From assembly GCA_035248905.1 (NCBI GenBank), contig DATFGX010000010.1:55579-119578 (forward strand): a stretch of DNA of 64,000 bases. The letters run 5' to 3'. The notes beneath the pieces are model-generated. The model made no database searches and had not been told where the DNA came from. It was given only the letters and a program-made list of their open reading frames with translations. The position numbers and the translations under genes are program-made. The stretch is from Blastocatellia bacterium. Lineage in GTDB: Bacteria > Acidobacteriota > Blastocatellia > UBA7656. Below are positions 59,393 to 64,000 of the stretch, piece after piece. Position 1 is the stretch's first letter. Each line of letters opens with the position of its first letter.

Positions 59393-59986
59393 CTACCAAT
59401 CCTTGTACTTCGTGCCGTTGAGCGCTGTGCCGTCGCTCTTCGAGAACACGTCGAAGACATCGTCGCCGCCCCAAGAGGTCGAAGTCGGGTCGTCTTTGTA
59501 CGAGCGCATGCCCCACTCGGTGTTGCCGGTCATCGGGTCTTCCGGCAGGCGGCGCAGGAAGCGCACCTTGTTGCCGCTGGTGCCGACCTGATTGGCCGGG
59601 ATGAAGCCATCCACGAGGATCTTCAACTCCTTCGGGTAGCCGGTCTGCGTCTTCCACTCCAGCGGGATCGCGCCGCCCTGCGTGCGGTCGCTGTACTCCT
59701 TGTAGCGGTCAATGGCCTGACGCAACTGGCGCAGCGCCAGCCGCAGGTCTTCTTCGCGCTGTCGCCGGACGCTGTTGCGCACCATCGGGATGGCCGCCGC
59801 CGTCAACACCGACAGGATGGTGATGACGATGATGATCTCAAGCAGCGTGAAACCCCGGCGATTTTGGATTTTGGATTTTGGATTTTGGATTGGCAGAGCG
59901 CGGGCAACTCGCCGCACCAGCGATCCACTTTCCGTAATCCAAAATCTAAAATCCAAAATCCAAAATCGATTCATGGCTGACTTCAT
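59393..59986 (-). CDS. Second GspG-like pseudopilin (start uncertain; 5' end of ORF overlaps hairpin repeat)
   Basis: RRG/FTLLEIIIVITILSVLTAAAIP is a prepilin cleavage/methylation domain with LPEDPMTGN. The ORF's N-terminal 40 codons are encoded by the TTTTGGA hairpin and are probably not all coding. Confidence 0.7.
   Translation of the reverse strand: MKSAMNRFWILDFRFWITESGSLVRRVARALPIQNPKSKIQNRRGFTLLEIIIVITILSVLTAAAIPMVRNSVRRQREEDLRLALRQLRQAIDRYKEYSDRTQGGAIPLEWKTQTGYPKELKILVDGFIPANQVGTSGNKVRFLRRLPEDPMTGNTEWGMRSYKDDPTSTSWGGDDVFDVFSKSDGTALNGTKYKDW
59855..59970. repeat. (TTTTGGA)n palindromic hairpin element
   Basis: GATTTTGGATTTTGGATTTTGGATTTTGGATTGG ... CCAAAATCTAAAATCCAAAATCCAAAATC. Confidence 0.8.
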
Positions 59987-59995
59987 CCAGCACCT

Positions 59996-62650
<2,655 letters not shown>

Positions 62651-62799
62651 GACCAGTACCTCGAAAATGAATTTCTCACACGGGAACAACGCAGCTTACG
62701 AATGCAAGGCGTCCGCCGCCCCTCCCCAATGGTTCGTCTTGCCGGGCGGCCACGCGTTCGGACTTCTTAGCCAGTCTGTTCAGTTAAACCACTCTACCA

Positions 62800-62840
62800 T
62801 GCCGGAAGTTCAAAATAAACAGTGGCCAGTGGCCACTGAT
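62800..62840. repeat. Short palindrome CAGTGGCCAGTGGCCACTG (GTGGCCA family) downstream of gspE
   Basis: Related to the element at 861-935. Confidence 0.6.
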
Positions 62841-62842
62841 CG

Positions 62843-64000
62843 CTACTCGACGAACGTGACGCGGTTGATCTCGTGCAGCGTCGTCACGCCCAAAAAGACT
62901 TTCGCCAGCGCCGATTCGCGCAAACTCGTCAGGCCCTCGGCGCGCGCCGCGCGGCGCACTTCGGAACCGGGCCGCCGCTCCAGGATGATCTCGCGGATGT
63001 GGTCGGTCACATCCAATAATTCATGAATCGCCGTGCGCCCGCGGTAGCCCGTGAAGTTGCAGACCTCGCAGCCGACCGCCGTGTAGAAAACCTGGTCGCG
63101 ATACTTGTCCGGGTTCAAGCCCGACTCCGAGAGTTCCTGATCGCTCGGTCGGTAATTCCGCTTGCAGTGCGTGCACAGCATGCGCACCAGGCGTTGCGCC
63201 AACACGCAGTTGAGCGACGACACGAAGTTGTACGGCTCGACGCCCATGTTCAAGAAGCGCCCGATCACGTCGATGACGTTGTTGGCGTGCACGGTCGTGA
63301 AGACCAGGTGGCCGGTGAGCGCCGATTGAATGGCGATCTGCGCCGTCTCGGAGTCGCGGATTTCGCCGACCATGATCTTGTCTGGGTCGTGGCGCAGGAT
63401 GCTGCGCAATCCGCGCGCGAACGTCAGCCCCTTCTTCTCGTTCACAGGGATCTGCGTGACGCCCACGAGTTGATACTCGACCGGGTCTTCGATCGTGATA
63501 ATCTTGTCTTCTTCGTTCTTGATCTCGTTGAGGCCGGCGTAGAGCGTCGTCGTCTTGCCCGATCCCGTCGGTCCCGTGACCAGCACCATGCCGTAAGGCT
63601 CGGCGATGAACTTGCGGAACTTCTTCAAGTCCTGCGGCGCGAAGCCGACGACGTCGAGATTCAGCTCGCGGAAGGCTTCGTTGATCTGCTCTTTGTCGAG
63701 AATACGGATGACGCAGTTCTCGCCGTGAACCGCCGGCATGATCGACACGCGGAAGTCAATCTTGCGCCCGCGCAGCATGATGCGGAAGCGCCCGTCCTGC
63801 GGCACGCGGCGCTCGGCGATGTCCAGCTCAGACATGACCTTGATGCGCTGAATGATCGTCTGGTGGTGCGAGATGTCGATGGGGTCGGCGGCGCGGTAGA
63901 GCGCGCCGTCAATGCGGTACTTGACGAGCACGTCCGAGTCGCGCGTCTCGATGTGTATGTCGGAGGCGCGCCGCTCAAGCGCGTTGAGCACGACCGTGTA
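62843..64000 (-). CDS. gspE: Type II secretion / type IV pilus assembly ATPase GspE/PilB (3' portion; gene continues beyond window)
   Basis: Walker A GPTGSGKTT, Asp/His boxes and the C-terminal tetracysteine-like motif (CTHC...C..C). The reading frame is open to the window edge. Confidence 0.9.
   Translation of the reverse strand, partial: YTVVLNALERRASDIHIETRDSDVLVKYRIDGALYRAADPIDISHHQTIIQRIKVMSELDIAERRVPQDGRFRIMLRGRKIDFRVSIMPAVHGENCVIRILDKEQINEAFRELNLDVVGFAPQDLKKFRKFIAEPYGMVLVTGPTGSGKTTTLYAGLNEIKNEEDKIITIEDPVEYQLVGVTQIPVNEKKGLTFARGLRSILRHDPDKIMVGEIRDSETAQIAIQSALTGHLVFTTVHANNVIDVIGRFLNMGVEPYNFVSSLNCVLAQRLVRMLCTHCKRNYRPSDQELSESGLNPDKYRDQVFYTAVGCEVCNFTGYRGRTAIHELLDVTDHIREIILERRPGSEVRRAARAEGLTSLRESALAKVFLGVTTLHEINRVTFVE

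Overview
This is a high-GC (about 62%) bacterial chromosomal segment. The gene content (ECF sigma/Ser-Thr kinase pairs, CadC-like TPR regulators, WD40 and TolB-like propeller proteins, many secreted proteins) suggests an Acidobacteria-like organism, but that is an inference. Coding density is high on both strands. From left to right the window contains:
- A heat-shock/proteostasis cluster: ClpB C-terminus, a small ORF, an eRF1/Pelota-like protein with a zinc ribbon, ClpP, Hsp20 and Lon.
- A lipid-type operon on the minus strand: a polytopic membrane protein, an unannotated 56-aa zinc-ribbon mini-protein, a DUF protein, a MaoC dehydratase and an acyl-CoA synthetase.
- AhpD-like and CoA-binding proteins, and a CadC-like winged-helix/TPR regulator with helically phased direct repeats at its 5' end.
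- A fused E1 alpha/beta 2-oxoacid dehydrogenase and a domain-permuted aconitase-family protein.
- A secreted metalloprotease-like protein and a WD40-caspase fusion.
- An acyl-CoA dehydrogenase.
- Three tandem zinc-ribbon/2-TM paralogs sharing a C-terminal SVTEHTTRNFE motif, followed by an ABC-2 exporter and an orphan response regulator.
- A ChlI/MoxR-like AAA+ ATPase and a VWA protein with an encapsulated-ferritin-like (EncFtn) cargo gene inserted between them; no encapsulin shell gene is present.
- A ricin-lectin protein, an ECF sigma/Ser-Thr kinase(TolB-like) pair, PtsI-HPr, and a thrombospondin-3-repeat protein.
- An Opp/Dpp-type ABC importer without ATPases, an F5/8 discoidin-repeat protein, UspA, a CaCA antiporter, an M14 carboxypeptidase, and two small stress-type proteins (one with a (GGQQ)n repeat).
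- A T2SS/T4P-like cluster: a PilM/GspL-like protein, two GspG pseudopilins, a TPR-secretin with a poly-Asp/cohesin-like C-terminus, and partial GspE.
Nearly every intergenic region carries a long palindromic hairpin built from tandem 7-9 nt units, in several sequence families, at least 20 copies in total. No rRNA, tRNA or CRISPR array was recognised.
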